Shown: positions 15,211 to 29,542 of the stretch, piece by piece
How positions within the stretch are numbered: the stretch's first letter is position 1
Layout of the letters: every line of letters starts with the position of its first letter
Assembly: GCF_964204865.1 (NCBI RefSeq)
Contig: NC_135254.1
Coordinates: 11,408,001 to 11,472,000, forward strand
Origin: Styela clava
Lineage: Eukaryota
Direction: 5' to 3'
Length of the DNA: 64,000 nt
Program-made: the position numbers and the translations under genes
The notes under the pieces: generated by a model
Database searches by the model: none
The model's input: the letters and a program-made list of their open reading frames with translations, nothing else
Told to the model about the DNA's origin: nothing

Positions 15211-17039
15211 TCGGGATTCGGGAGTATCGAATTTTATATAAAAAATTTTTGCTTTACATTACGTGATTACCGCGGAAGTGCTTAAAAATCGCTTTTTCAT
15301 GGACACGCCCTAGATTCAATTTTACAGCTATTGCACTGCCGTAATTACATTAACTCGAGAGTCGTTTTCTCTACATTATAGGAAATGTTTACCGACCTTG
15401 GTCTTGTACATATTATCTTTATTGCACGATTCTATGGAATTGTTTACTGTCATATATTATAAAACGACCCGCCTTTCCGTATTTGAATAAGCGCGGTTAT
15501 TTCGAAAAATTTGAATTTCGCAATTATTTTACGTCACTTGGCCTTGATGCCGTCAGTCTATAATTGTACGTTATGCCTGGTTTAAACATGGTCAGAAATA
15601 TTTCTTAGTTCATAGATAATCAAGTATAAAGCGTATACAATGAGTAACTAAGCCATGCTTGGCATCGCGCTTTCGAAAACGTAACTTGACGATGTGGTAT
15701 TTAAAATTATAGGGCATGTTAGTGAGATGCGATAAAGCGCACTGGCTTGAAATGTGAGAATTTCTATATTTTTCCGAGATTTTTTTTTGAAAAATATTGC
15801 ACATTTCTTGTGCGGGATTCTTGAAGAATTGAAATACAACCGCATGTTTGGGTTAGCTACCGGTAGATGGGTTGTAAAAAAAAGCTTTAATTTGGCGTCA
15901 CAACTTTGTCCTAACTAAAAATACGATGCAAGTGGAGCCTAGACATTCACCCAGATGTCGAAGTGTTCTAATTTATTGAAAACGTTTTTCAATTTTGACA
16001 TCGCGTGTAGAATTTGGAAGGCTCTTTCAATTCTTTTATACCGTACAAGACTCGGTCCGGTAACCATTGATATGTATGTAAGAGCTGTTTGCTAATAATT
16101 GTTATTTCAATCTCCGATACCGATCCGATCAACATATCGGGCCAGAATCTCTTATTGATTATGTTGAATTTCTAGTATTTTATACGCCTACAATAACAAA
16201 AAGCGCGAAGAAGAGATGATATAAATGCCGGCTTATCTGTGTGAAACTTCACATTGTAATTTTCTCCGAACAGTATACAATTACCCCGTCTTACGCAATT
16301 TCACGCAAAGGCATTTTTCGATCTTTTATATCTCCCTTGTCCAGTTATACCATACACCGATACATGATATCCTGGCTTATTGTCCAGTTTACGATATAAT
16401 TAATGGGCATCGTAATTAGTATCCTTCCATCAGCTTCTGTCGTACACTGTTTGGACCGTTGCCGTGACAACGTATGTACCGACGTGACCACTGCTATAAA
16501 ATCTATTATGATGTCATTTGTTTTGCTCGACGACATAAAGCACCATAATGGCACCACTAGCATAATCGTACACCAAATTCAACAATCACAGCAAAGAGGA
16601 TTTTATTTGTTGATATTTAGATATGTCATCTATGATTTATATGAGGACCATTTACTTTTCTTGTTCGATCAAGTACGGGAACAAGATAGTCCATTTATAA
16701 AAGCTAAATTTGGTTTGGTCCAAACATGTATGTCGGAAGCAGAAATCTTAAAATTTGCACAATGCAGTTTCTCTTCCAGTTATAGTCTATTAGTTGAACA
16801 ATTGATTATAAGACCACCAACAAAGCTTGTTTTGCTCGCTTTTGTTGTTTTATTATTTCGTCACAATTTAAAAAAATAATTTTCAAAACAACAACATTGG
16901 TTAGCTTGGTTCCTCAAGCTATACTGCAATCATATTTGACTATTGCCTCAAAAAAATGCTATTGCTGTGAAAGCCAACTGGGTTTTTAATGGTAGTCGTT
17001 TCGTTCAGTTCAGACGACGTTTTTGGACAGGTGAGTGGA

Positions 17040-17320
17040 CCTATGGATCGATTTAATACTATGTTGTTGTTCTTGTTATTCGTCATCATTATCATTAAAT
17101 AGCTTTTCTCTTTCAATACTGGACCAATTGCTTTAAAATTTTCAGTGGTTATAGATTGTTTTTTTTGCCAGACTATTACTTTTATTTATTCCTAAATTTT
17201 TTATGAATCTCATGAGATCTAATATTTTATTTAAAATAGCGTTGTATTTCTTTTTAATTAAGGAACACGGTTTTTAATCCGCCAAGCGTGACGGCGGATT
17301 CTGAAAATCCATGCTATTGG
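17040..17320 (+). mobile_element. Possible second HINE-like element
   Basis: Short GTT/TCA microsatellite followed by a 3' GC hairpin ATCCGCC-AAGCGTGAC-GGCGGAT. Boundaries approximate. Confidence 0.4.
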
Positions 17321-20300
17321 AAACTCGGAAGTTTTTTGAGAGTACCGGTAACGTCAAGGGTAAGGACTGCTTCGCTCTGTCCCACGTGTCCTATATTTGA
17401 GCATTGCTCTCATGTTTTAAATTGATTCCTCAGCTTTATCAAATTTTACATGACTCGAATTATCTGGTTTAAATTGATAGCATTATTTACTCGACCAGAG
17501 TCGGACTCGATTCATCGTGTATCAAAGACTCTAAGTGACCCGAGTCATTCTAAATGAAATCACCCAGCCACGTCATCAACTAACCGCCAATGAGACTCAG
17601 CTTAGTGATCGATCGACTTGACTTCGGACATGACTTGTGAATCGGATCACCTGTGACTCGACCTTTCTCACGAATCGGGGTTTATGAACATTAAATCAAA
17701 TTTAATTAAATTAAATTAAATCAGTAACTGATAGATACTAAATAGTTTTAAAATACCTTTTTGCAGTGAATTTTAATTTTGAAATATTAAAAATTTCAAC
17801 AACTTTCAAGTTCACTTCACTATTTGAAGAGGAAGGCTGAGGTTTCATCCCAATTAATTCCAATTCATAGCTTGTTCGCATTTATTCGGAAATTGCTCAT
17901 GTCTTATTTTATTCAACATTGTTATTTCAGCATCCTACTGATCCAGTGGTAGGAGTGTACGTTATGTATAGCTTCACCTTCATGAGCGAATTACTCCAAG
18001 TAATAAAAAGAAACTAAAGCAACAGGTCAGTTTTATAAAAAAAAATTATGAAACGTTATGTATACGGTATAAGTGTATAATATATCAATACAGATGGTCA
18101 GTCCAACACCAAACGCTTTTTTTTAAGTTTTATCGCTAATAGCAAAATATCTACCACCCCCAAAATTTGGAACCTCCTTTCTCAAAATGAAAAGCTGGGG
18201 ATATTCAGCTACTAAATGAAGTACAGTCGTGTTATTTCAGTTTTAAAAAGAATATGGGCTCATTCCAACATCAAAAGATATGGCTGTAAATTAGGGGACT
18301 GTTTTAAACTTTAGGTAGTCTCGATCAGCTACCGTTCTTACCACGTCAATTGGGACGTGGTAGATAAGTCATCCCCCATTTCCGCAGCTCCTTCTTTTTC
18401 AGAACTTTTTTCGTGCGCAGCTAAGATGCGACTCATTCTACATAATAAGAGTGAGCACTAAACAGGTCTGAAACGTATTATAAATTCTCTTCAAAGGTTG
18501 CTCACTAAATTGACCGGGACTTGAATCCTAGGTATGTAAACTTCAAAGCCAGTATAAGTTTCATATGGTAATCGCACGATACTCAACAAAATCGACTATA
18601 ATTTATGCGGTATGATCTTCAGTTATGGAAAAATACCAAGGATTTAACAAATCCACAAATGCCTTCGGCAAACCGCTTTCGTTTTATATATATCAGCTAA
18701 TATTCGCGGTTAGGTTCATATAGGTTCACTCAAGTAATCTACTCTTGACATAAAAAATAAATTTGAATATACGACGATTAAATTACATCTTCATGCACGA
18801 TATTGGCTAAATACCGAAACAGCCCATTATTCTGATGAAAGAGTATGCCTGATTATGATTTTTGAAACCTGGATCAGGATTGTCATTAAAATTGATTTGA
18901 ATAAATCAAAAACATATGTGAATACTCAAGAAATCTAACATTAAGTGTATCAGAAAAATCAGTAATACCGATATCAGTATACACTTTGTTCGAAATATCT
19001 TGTTTTTAGCTTTGATTAGACCGTCAGCATCAGCTTCATTCATCGATGTAGATTGTTGACTCCATATTGCCATTTAATTCATCTTTATAAGTAATAAAAA
19101 TGTAAAGCTCAATTGCATTGTAGGCAAGTAAAAAAATGCCGTAAGAAAAACAAATGGTGATATTCCGTACCGAACTTCTAAATGTGTAAAAACAACTTCG
19201 GATTGTACTGTCAAAAATTCAATGTGAGGACTTCCTTTTCTATGGCATTTGTGTGTAATCCATACATGTATAGTTATTATAATGCAGTATGACCATTGGT
19301 GAAAAAAAACATTGTATTTGTCGCAAAAATGTGGGTAAGGTTTTGAGTTTTTATTATAGCTGATAACGTTGTTTACGCCAACACTAATGCCGTAATTGCT
19401 AGTGTTGTTATCAATTATATCAAAATTTTGAAATATTTTCTATATGACGACACAACGCACATATTCTAGCGTCATGCCACAGCCTGAAACATGGGGTGTA
19501 CAAGATCTTTCAGTCTGTTCTTCACTCATAAAACCATTACATAGTGTATACCATTCAAAATTTGTTCATTCTTTCGCATTGGATAACTATGACTTCCCCC
19601 ACTATAACATTCATAAATGTAAGAAAGGCTCCATTATCACTTGAAATTCAGTAATTTTAATACGAAACATACAAAGACAGGATAATTTATGTCGAACTTA
19701 TGAGCATTGGGATGCGTCATACACGCAGGAATAGTGGAAATACAAAGAATATAGTGAACATGAACACATATCTAGATATTCAGTGTAGAAAATTGCACAA
19801 CTTTTCCCACAAAACCGTATAACATAAGTTTAGTTCTGATCTTAGTCAAAAACGGGCCGACGTACGGAAACACAGACTTGCCGATCATAAACCGGGATTC
19901 TTGTCGCCAGAAAATAAATACGCGGTCGTGATTCCGTTAACTTTTGAGTTTATCGTTGCGTAATGCCGGTACCCGCCGGTGAACTGGTATGCGCGACATA
20001 TTTTTGCAATTACGTCTTGTTTATTGTTTAAATATTTATTAGTGTTAAACTTAGAACTAAACGTCGTACTGCTCGTCTCGTGAAATATTTAATGTGACAT
20101 AAAATATGCCAAATTTCCGTTATTGAATATACGGTAGTTTAAAAACAATATATGCTAGTATATTACGATGTATAATGTGCAAATATATGAACGCAAATGT
20201 AAGAGGTCATGGAAAAATGTTCCCCCATAGCCATATGTAATATAATAGTTTTCTCATGAATTAAAATCAAACATTCAAAATTTGGGGTGATAAGTTGGGT

Positions 20301-22750
20301 CATTAGAAAGATTCGTAAACACCAAACAATTTAGGAATACCCGCCTAGCAACTACTTCAATCTTCAGATATGGATATTGTGCATCGATTCGTCTAGTACA
20401 GGGGTGTGCAACTTTTTTTGCTCCAGACGTAGTTCAGTCTAGTTGGGCCACGCGAAAAAAAAGGTTTTTCATGTACACGACGAATTAAAAAATTCTCACA
20501 CGGAAAAAACAATCGCTTAACCTTGCAGTAGGAAAGGCACTGGGCAAAACGCCAAAAGATTTAACGCATTGACAAAAGTAAAACAAATTACAGATTTTTA
20601 ACCATGTCTGCATTTTTAAACATAAACTGTCGGATCAGGATTTATTGGGTGTTGTCGAAGGGCCACAATGGTTCAGTAATTGCGGCGAAAATCGACTTTT
20701 TCACAACCCCAACAACAACAATAATTCTACAAGGCTATCCATGTGTATACTTCTTGTTGGATTTCTTATAAATTAACGGATAGTTACCATACGTGCCTCA
20801 CTTTTCAACAAAAATTTGTATGCCAAAGTTATTTTTTCACGATTTTATTTCAACAAAACATATGTGCAAATTACATGAATCCGAGGCTATAAAATATACT
20901 TTCCATTTCTAACAATTTAAAAAATTAGTAGTAGAATAGTATTTAAGTTTCTTGTTTCTTAGTTTGAAAACGCTTCGACATACTAACCATTTGTCTTATC
21001 TCTGAATTTTGCAAAACATAAAATTTCCTTTAAATTTGGAAGAAAGTCAAAGTAGTCGAAACATACTATTGCGAAATTTCTTGTTTTACACGATTCTATG
21101 AAACGTAACAGTCACGTACGATTCTAAAGCGAGCCATAATACACTTTTGTCGGTTTCCGTTCGTTTTCTGTTGTCGATTTTTTCTCCTTTCTTGTGAAAA
21201 ATAAATTACCTTTGATGGTAGGACCTTGCTGTTTAAAATTCTCTGCAAAACAACCTTGTCGTCATTTTTAGGATCTTTGTGTCTGCTGCATTGTGGCTAA
21301 TGTGTATCTATGTCGTTTTAGAATATTGGATAATTTATCTTCCTTCCTTCCTTACGATATTATTTTTTTAAAAACATAATCAGAGTAAAGTTTTGTAAGG
21401 CGCGTTAAATTCAACTGAGATCGAATCGCAGGTTTTGTTGAAATTTTGGGGTCAAATCCCATGCCCACCAGCCAACCCATGGTGTAATGAAGTGAATTCG
21501 GGTGAAGATTTCGTTGATATATTTATCACACTTCTTCCTATTATTGATAATTTTACTAAAAATCTTCATGTTTCTTAATAACCGTCATTTTGTTGGCCTG
21601 AGGAAAAATGTCTACATCTAATCGTTATTTCTTCCGGCAAAAAGTGCGAAACTAGACGCTGACAGGCGATTATATTTTAGTCAAGTTCATTTACCTACAA
21701 AACCAAATAATGTATCCATATAGCAATTAAGCAAGCCTTCGATCGTATTACCCAGAGTTATTACCCACTTTCGACCACAGGAGAAATTCATCTTGTGTAT
21801 TTCCACTAATTTTTTTGACATTTATCGACGTAATACCTTGAGGAATTTTGTAATAACAGGTTCGTCTAGATTTTCAATTAGCGGCATTTTATTAAGCGGA
21901 TGCATAATTGTCTCGCGAGTCCAATTCATTTTGAAGTACCATGTGGCTCTGTGGTAATGTTGCAGGCAAATTTGGTTTTTAATACCTATTTAAAATTTAT
22001 ATCCAACGCAACAATGAGTTGAAAGTATTGAATTATATGAAGAGATGTATTGTTTAATATCAAGACAAAAAAATTCAGTAACAGCCATAACAACGTGAAT
22101 TCGGTCTAGAATTACTGATATTTCAAGATGACTAATATCGGCGAATTTTCCATTATACTCTATTTTATCTTAACGTGCTAAACAGCCCGATTTCATTTAA
22201 TCAGAAATTGAGTTTTAAACTCTCGATTTTGATGAAAAAAATAATCTTTTTGTTTGTAGATAATCCGAGATCATGAAGTCTCCCACTCCACTTATATACA
22301 TAAATACCGATATTTGGTTGATTTGAGTGCGAATAAACTTATACGTTTCTCTTTTTCGAGAATTAACACCAAAGTGCCAAAGACGCCATACTGATGCGTA
22401 AATGACCTAAACAAAATCGCGGTGACGTCTATTCCATAATTCACACACATACGTGATAGCTCCACAATGAATGTATCAAAATTGTTAGTGACGCCATAGA
22501 GCTGTTTGTAAGGTTAGCTACCCTCTCTCTCATCGTAGCTATGTCTGATACCGGGCTCAAATCCGCGTTAGGTATTCTATCACCAATTAGACACGGTACT
22601 TCGAGTTACGGTGGCCCATTTTGTATACAACTTGAATGGTGCTCATAAGGGGAAGAGGAGGTTTTAAAAATCGAAAGTTTCGAGAATCAAACTATACGTT
22701 CTAAAATTGTTTTCGTGCAACAGTGATTGAAAATAAGCAAATGTGAGGGG

Positions 22751-23056
22751 TTATTACTTATCGATTTTAATCGGTAAGTATGTTGATAGGTATTTGTCTG
22801 TCTGTCTGTTAGATGCACACGATATCTCACGAAAGCGAGATTGAATCTGCTCCAGATTTTGCATATGCATTCATCATATGTCGTACCAGAAGCCTATTGA
22901 TTTCGGATGAATTATGTAGTATAATTAGCAAGTTATTAATTAATAAATGATGGGACACAAGGTGTCACTATGGAGTGAGAGCGCTGTTTTGGGGGTTTTA
23001 GGGTTCCCCTAACTTTCGATCGATAAGTCTTCGGTCTCTGACCGATATTCTCGTTT
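22751..23056 (+). mobile_element. Helentron-associated non-autonomous element (HINE/DINE-1-like)
   Basis: Subterminal inverted repeats ACTTATCGAT (22756) / ATCGATAAGT (23019), a (GTCT)n microsatellite, 3' hairpin TCGGTC-TCT-GACCGA and TT ends. Confidence 0.7.
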
Positions 23057-26000
23057 CATAATCGTGTATATTATATGTGTGTAGTTCGGATTATATCGAA
23101 TACTATGGTGGAGTATATGGACCTAGTCCTAGATAATATATATATTTCTTCTCTCGGGGATCCACATACACAAAATTTCTTTTGTATGTTTATTTTTAAC
23201 GGATGACTTAAAATTATTGTTGGCATTCATTGTTATTATTTGGATATTTCCCCTATTTTCAAACAGTATTCAACCGTTTATCATACCACTAACTCTACAT
23301 AATATCGTCTTTCGAAGAGTTGTTTGTACGGACATGGTATACAGAAGTATATTAGTTAGCACGTGTTCTTTGTCTGGAAAACAGGATGCCAATCAATAGT
23401 GACTAACTAGTAACTATAATGTGTCACTTGTTTTTATACATCAGGGTATAATTTGCGCAATAATTGTTTTCGATTATGCTTGGCCCGTGGCGCTTAATCG
23501 CGTTACGACTCAAGTACGGCCGAAGGAAACGCGACGAAATGGGCGAATCCAGTGACTATACTTCAATAAACAGATCGAAAGACGTTTTTAATAGTGTGAA
23601 TCACCCACTCAGACAACGAGCAAGTTTTGTTAGACCCGAAGGACCCATGAATCATAGCTTTTCATTAATTTCCCCATGTTTTTCAAGTCTCACTTTTAAA
23701 GCGACGCAACTGGCCATCATGGCAGCTATCACGTTTCCATGACAACTACAAAAGTCAATCCCAAAATGAAGTCGTGAATCACCACCTCAGAATCAAAATA
23801 ATAGTCTATATTTGGGAAGTTTAAGAGTGTACTATTTATAAATGTTTGCAGTAGTTTTGTTTTAGGTGGCTCTATAAACAAGCTGTCTTGGAGCTACAAC
23901 ATAAAAATAAGATGCCATCTATTTGAATCCTTGGTTGACATGCGACTCTCGGCCATTCCAGATTCGTGTGCGCCCCAATAAACAATGAATATATATAGGG
24001 TCTGACATCTTCACACCCTCTATACACGATTCTTGGCCTAATGACATGCTCTACTATCATCCTCTTGTTTTCATTTGACACATTACTGAAAAATGATCAT
24101 CGAGTTTGAGTACTTCTATACTCAACAAATTGCCATGTATAAATAATTGGATGAATTGAACGACCTCCCACTGCGAATTATTGTCTTTCTTTGTTCCCTT
24201 TAACTGAAGCGGCGAATCTAAACCACAAAAGCGTCATCGGTTTATTTGTTTGTTTGATTTCAAATTTACCTTAATTTTATGCTAACCGTGAAATTGGTTC
24301 TCATAAACACATTGGAAAGTACCGTTCGTCGATTCTTACGAAATTGTAAAGAGGACTTAATAACGGAAAAATAGGCTAGACGGTTCTATTATGTTAGAGT
24401 CGCGTTGAGGCCTAAACAGACTTATTTTATGACTACCTTTTCACCGTAAATAAGCACAATATGACAATATTGCTTGTTGATCAACAGATTCACAGTCTGA
24501 AACGAAGAAATCGTCTACTGTACAAGCAAATCATGTCTGTAAATTTAAATAATAAATGTCAAAATTTATAATTTGCATCGAGATTATTCAATTTTAATGG
24601 TTTGGTATACGGGGACTGCCTGATTTCAGCAAACAAAATAGGCGCCAATGAACAACTCATATATAATCCACATTTATTTGTTCTAAACGAAAAAAATAAG
24701 GACAAGTGATTTTGTCATTGACATATTATAACCACAAGTCCGTAGTTATTATTCAGTCGTGTTCATTAATCAAGTATGTCTGGTGATCGAAGTTCACCGG
24801 AGAAATAGTCTGCCACCCCGCACTTGGATCCACAATTTTTTCTCGCTATCTTATCTTTTCAAAAAGTTCTCCCATGAGGTCCAGACTGTAAGCACTTGAC
24901 TACACAGGTGGAGGCAACTCGAGTGTTCTTGAACGATGATCGAAAATAAGCAAACAATGAGGGTTTTCCCAAACACATCATTGTGTGAGTTTGTAGTCCG
25001 GATTTGATTGAATATACTTGTAATAATATATAGAGATGAATCACACTTTTAATATATACCATCTCATTAAGTTTGTAACTCTTGGTATGTGCATGTATTT
25101 TACTCTGCCTATTCTCGATCAGTAATTCTTGAACGTATGAAGTGTTATAACATTGCTATCTGCATTTTTATCGCCCGCCTTTTTATGTATATGTAGGATG
25201 TTTCGTGCATAAACCTTTGAAATCTAAAATTTTTTTACAGCCTCAAATAAAACGAGAAGCCGTCAGATAAATAGAAAATGAACAATTTTTTTCACCTGAA
25301 GCAGAGCATACAGAATTTCAGGAAGAGACAAGTCGGCACCTTCTAATCAAATCCACCTGTTTTAAATAATTTTGGCGGTTGTCATCATTTTCCTTTGCAC
25401 AATTTGAGATATTATGCATTCTCTACTATTTTAGCTACTATTTATTGTTTTCTTGCAAATGATGTGAACAGTCTCCGTATTGTTTGTTGAAGTTTCCAGC
25501 CTGGCTTAAGTTCGGAGGTAAAATACACCGAAACTGTTCTTCCTTACCACTACTGTTAGCTTGGAGTAGGGATATATTGCCAAAATCGTCATCTGAATGG
25601 TGTCTCACATATATATGTACAGAGTGACTAAAAAAGTACGAAGTATGGCCAGAATCACTTGCGATGTTGTTATCCCGCAGAATGAAGTAACTAACTCTTG
25701 AAGTAACTTACGTTTGAAAAAATAAGAATACAGTATTGTTTGTATCTCTTCTGTAGGAACGGCTCATGAGGAAAGTTATTCTATGACAACTGAGACTGAA
25801 TAGTCCTTAATACTTATATATAATACTTAAATTGGATCTATATAAGTAAATGGTAAATCAGGAATTAGCGAACAGTATTAATGCACACTTTAGTACCAAC
25901 AGAAAAGTGTAATTTTGTTATTAATGAGAAGCCGATTGAGCATTTTAAATTGATATAGAAATTTAAAAACGGGGTCTGCTTCCAAATCATATATTACGTT

Positions 26001-26483
26001 GTGAAAAAATCTTTGCAATTACGGACAAAAAACATAGTAACTATATTAATAATACTAGAAAATTGTTTTTACGATAATAAAAATACTTTTACAGTGGCAG
26101 TTAATTAAAAGATAAAACACTACTCGTGCGCTTGAGTGAAATATTAAAAAAAAAGGATATAGAGTAACAGTCAGGAATAAGGATATATATATGGTTTCAA
26201 TCGCAACTCGGCATGTCATTCACAAATCCGACTCTAGGCAACATCAATTTAAACTCTATGCTCGAAAAGATCTCTGTCCACTAAAACAAAATTTGATCAT
26301 GAACTTGAATTTTGGCAGCAGCAAATCATATCCTATGTTAGGTGAAGGTTGGAACAACCGCCATAAATACAAGTTTGAAATTTAGAATCTGAGTTTGAAA
26401 CCGTGGTACAGGTTGCTTGGTTTTAAACTACCAGGGTCAGCTAATTTTCAGAATACACATTAAGTAAAACTTCTGTCATATTT

Positions 26484-29400
26484 TCAATGAGAGTCTAAAT
26501 TTCTTCTTCTGCTTTGAGGGCTGAGTCTGGAGTTTGATCGTTGGGATAAATTCGAAGCTTCTCGTGAAACCGGCCGAAGACTACTTCTTGATGAAGGTCG
26601 CGATAGCTTGAGATCATACGTATCTTTATCTTTGTATCCTTGTACATATCCGTGTTCGGTTGGATCATAGGACTGCAAGTCTTCAACTCCTAACCCTCGA
26701 CCCTCCTCATCGAATCTATCCAATTATAAATCGATTTTCAATGAGTAACGGGATATGACTTATATTCAAGCTATATTGCATGTTGCTCGACGCAAGGTCC
26801 TGAGCTCTCAAATAAACGAAGAAATTAAAAAAAAAATTATGATGGAAAGCAAAGAGCAACCAATGACTACAGCAGTATACAAATCAAGTTCACATTAGAA
26901 AAGAATTAGGGTTTATAGCTAGCTATATTGCATGTTACTATAAGCAAGATCCTATAGGTTCTCAAATTAATGGAAAAACTGAAAGAAAAATCGGGATAGG
27001 AAGCAAAAAGCAACCAACGACTGCAGGAGTGTAAATTTGTTTTTGCTCTAGAGCAGTTGCGAAGTTAACACTGGCATGGATTCATTCAATTGAAGGTTTT
27101 ATGAGGCGTTTTCACATCTTCACTTCGAAGTGTATGTAGGCTAAAACAGCTACTAATACGTAAGATTATATTATTTTAGGGGGAGATAGAATTTTTCAAG
27201 ATCAAATCCCACCTCATTTTATGTCCAGCTGGGTAAAGTGAGTGATCTGTCATTCGTCCCACGTTTCCGGTTTTTGAAATACCCTTAAAAACGTTTTGTG
27301 TTGAAAAGAAAAGTCAAACTATAGCATAATATTGGATTAAGTTATCCAATCGATATCCAATAGTTTCGATGACGAAATCTTGACCAAATTCACATTACGA
27401 TTTATATTATAAATACATGATGGATATTGTATGATTTGAAACCGACTGCATTAATAGATTGCAACATTTACCGACATTCACAGATAACAGTCTGGCCTGC
27501 CCTGCTTGAGTAAAATTACGAGGCATAAAAGGTAAGGGAGTCAGCAGGTGTCTATTGTGAAAGAAAATCGAGACAAGAATGAAGCTTGAATAAGTGACAA
27601 CCGTTAAAATTGGTAAAAGTTCTCAACTAATGGAAAGACTGGTAAATAAAGGTAAAATCCGTGAATTTATATTGAAATCTATCTCACTGTTATTCCAACA
27701 TATTCTGGGGCTTTTCCAATTACGTTTTCAAACACTTTCCTTCTGCGATTTTTGTCATCTGTTATCGCTTTATATTTTCGATCTGCAATTTCTTCCAAGC
27801 ATTTTACAAACATATCGAAGTCAATCAGTCTTTGGCCTTTGGGTCTGTATGAATTGAGGAAGATATTATATAGAAATAGAATCGATTGTTACTGAGACCA
27901 GGACGTCGACTCGAGAAAGTCAAATTTTGATGATAAACACTTATGCATATGCAATCCCTCTTTACAAAACGTTAAGGGCGCTTAGAAGGCATAATACTTC
28001 TTGAGTTTATGTAGAAAATTTTACTTTTTATTATCATTAAAGGTCCAAACTCCCAAAGCTGAGAAATTCTGAATTTTGACACAGACTCCAATGAAAACCA
28101 CCAACTCCACAGCCCTGTCTACGCAAAGCTTTTCACCATTTCGCCATTCACTTCAGTAGACATTTCTAGTTCAGAACAGTCAGTAAGGCAAAGCTTACAA
28201 TATCAATATGTGGAGAATGACCCAAACAACAGAACCCATAAAGTTCTGACTTACTTCTATGAAAGCAAAGAAGGACCTATACAACTTCGTCATAACTTTG
28301 TGTTTTCATATATACGAACTAATCATATCAATAGCAGAATGGGAATGTTGGATTTAAAAAAAACGGTAGATCAACTTACTTGTGTCTCGAAAATATGACA
28401 TCTACGTCTCCAGTCAATATAGTTCGGTTATCAACAAAATCACAATCTCGACATAATTTTGCCCAATTTTTGTTGTTCATCTCACGTCCTTCACTGTTTA
28501 CTTCACCGTAACTTAAAACATTGGACTTGAGTTAGCACAATTAGAACGCGGAAAGAACACGCAAAATCATCACAGCACGGAGTATTTTATTTTTTATAAG
28601 AAAGCATAATGCAATGACGGGAGACAGGCCAAGCCGCGCTTATTCTGCTAAGTTCCAATTATTGCTAAACTTTCAAAACCTTTCATAAAACACACTGTTT
28701 TCATACTATTTATGTTATGGTTCCCACATTCGCGAGGTTCCATCCAGGCACCCATTGTTGTTTAAGGAATTGGTAGACAGGGTCACAGCTAATTGGTAGA
28801 CAGGGTCACAGCTATGGAATTGATCAATAATGTCTGTAAACTTACATTTGGGGAAAATGTACATTGAAATAGTCAGTATATTGTCGGTCCAATTCATCGC
28901 GAAAGCAAACAATGTTTTCCAAAAATACTAAATATTTACACACCGGGCAAATCTGAAGAATGCATCTTCTAACGTTTCCATTATAGGATCAGGTTCCGAA
29001 CGAGGCCTCGGACTTCCACTCCGTGATGGTGTAGGTGATTTTCTTTTACTCTTAGGCGAACCACTGGTTTCGATTCTGAAAATCATGAACAATCTTCCAT
29101 AAAAGAGGTTTCTAAACTTTTCAAACACACGTTCAAGAGAAAATTTTATCTTTGTAGCATTCAATTTCAACAGGAACAAGTTTTATCACATTTGCATAAT
29201 CAATGTGATAGTGAATTTTTTTGTACATAAGAAAATGCAGATTCGCTCATTTTATGTCAAGTTCTGAATGCGCGTATGCAGATATGAAGTAATGTTTAAG
29301 ATAATTAATTGATTGACATTTCGCGACGTACGTTTTAGAAAGCATTGCTAGACTGAGTATTGGTAGTGGCCATTTCATCGTTCGCTAGTTAAGAGCAACC

Positions 29401-29542
29401 CTAATCCTCCGGGTGTTTTGCAGAATGTGTAAATAGGATAGATGAACTTTTCAAAGTTAGTGCGCACCTTTAGTCGTCACCAATGAACAAGCATTAATGC
29501 TGTCAAATCTTACCTTGGTGTAGTCATTGATAAAGTTGCCAT
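26484..29542 (-). CDS. TPPP: Tubulin polymerization-promoting protein (p25-alpha domain), core ORF ~250 aa from MATLSMTTPR
   Basis: Exons 29514-29553 (ATG at 29542), 28944-29075, 28380-28511, 27688-27844, 27213-27283, 26484-26715 join in frame. They give LEDAFFRFARYGEVNSEGREMNNKNWAKLCRDCDFVDNRTILTGDVDVIFSRHK..IDFDMFVKCLEEIADRKY..GKAPEYVGIT..GRMTDHSLYPAGHKMRFDEEGRGLG..GYVQGYKDKDTYD, colinear with the TPPP p25-alpha domain. Confidence 0.92.
26770..27035. repeat. Diverged tandem duplication in the last TPPP intron
   Basis: GCTATATTGCATGTT..AAGCAAA(G/A)AGCAACCAA(T/C)GACT occurs twice. Confidence 0.7.

Noticed and set aside
16403-16879. 158-aa plus-strand ORF; likewise 31082-31543
   Set aside because: No recognisable domain and composition typical of chance ORFs in AT-rich DNA. 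The second is antisense within the TPPP locus.
17445-17665. Cluster of GACTC/GACTTG motifs resembling AP-1 sites
   Set aside because: The pattern resembles subterminal repeats of decayed DNA transposons more than an enhancer; no termini could be defined.
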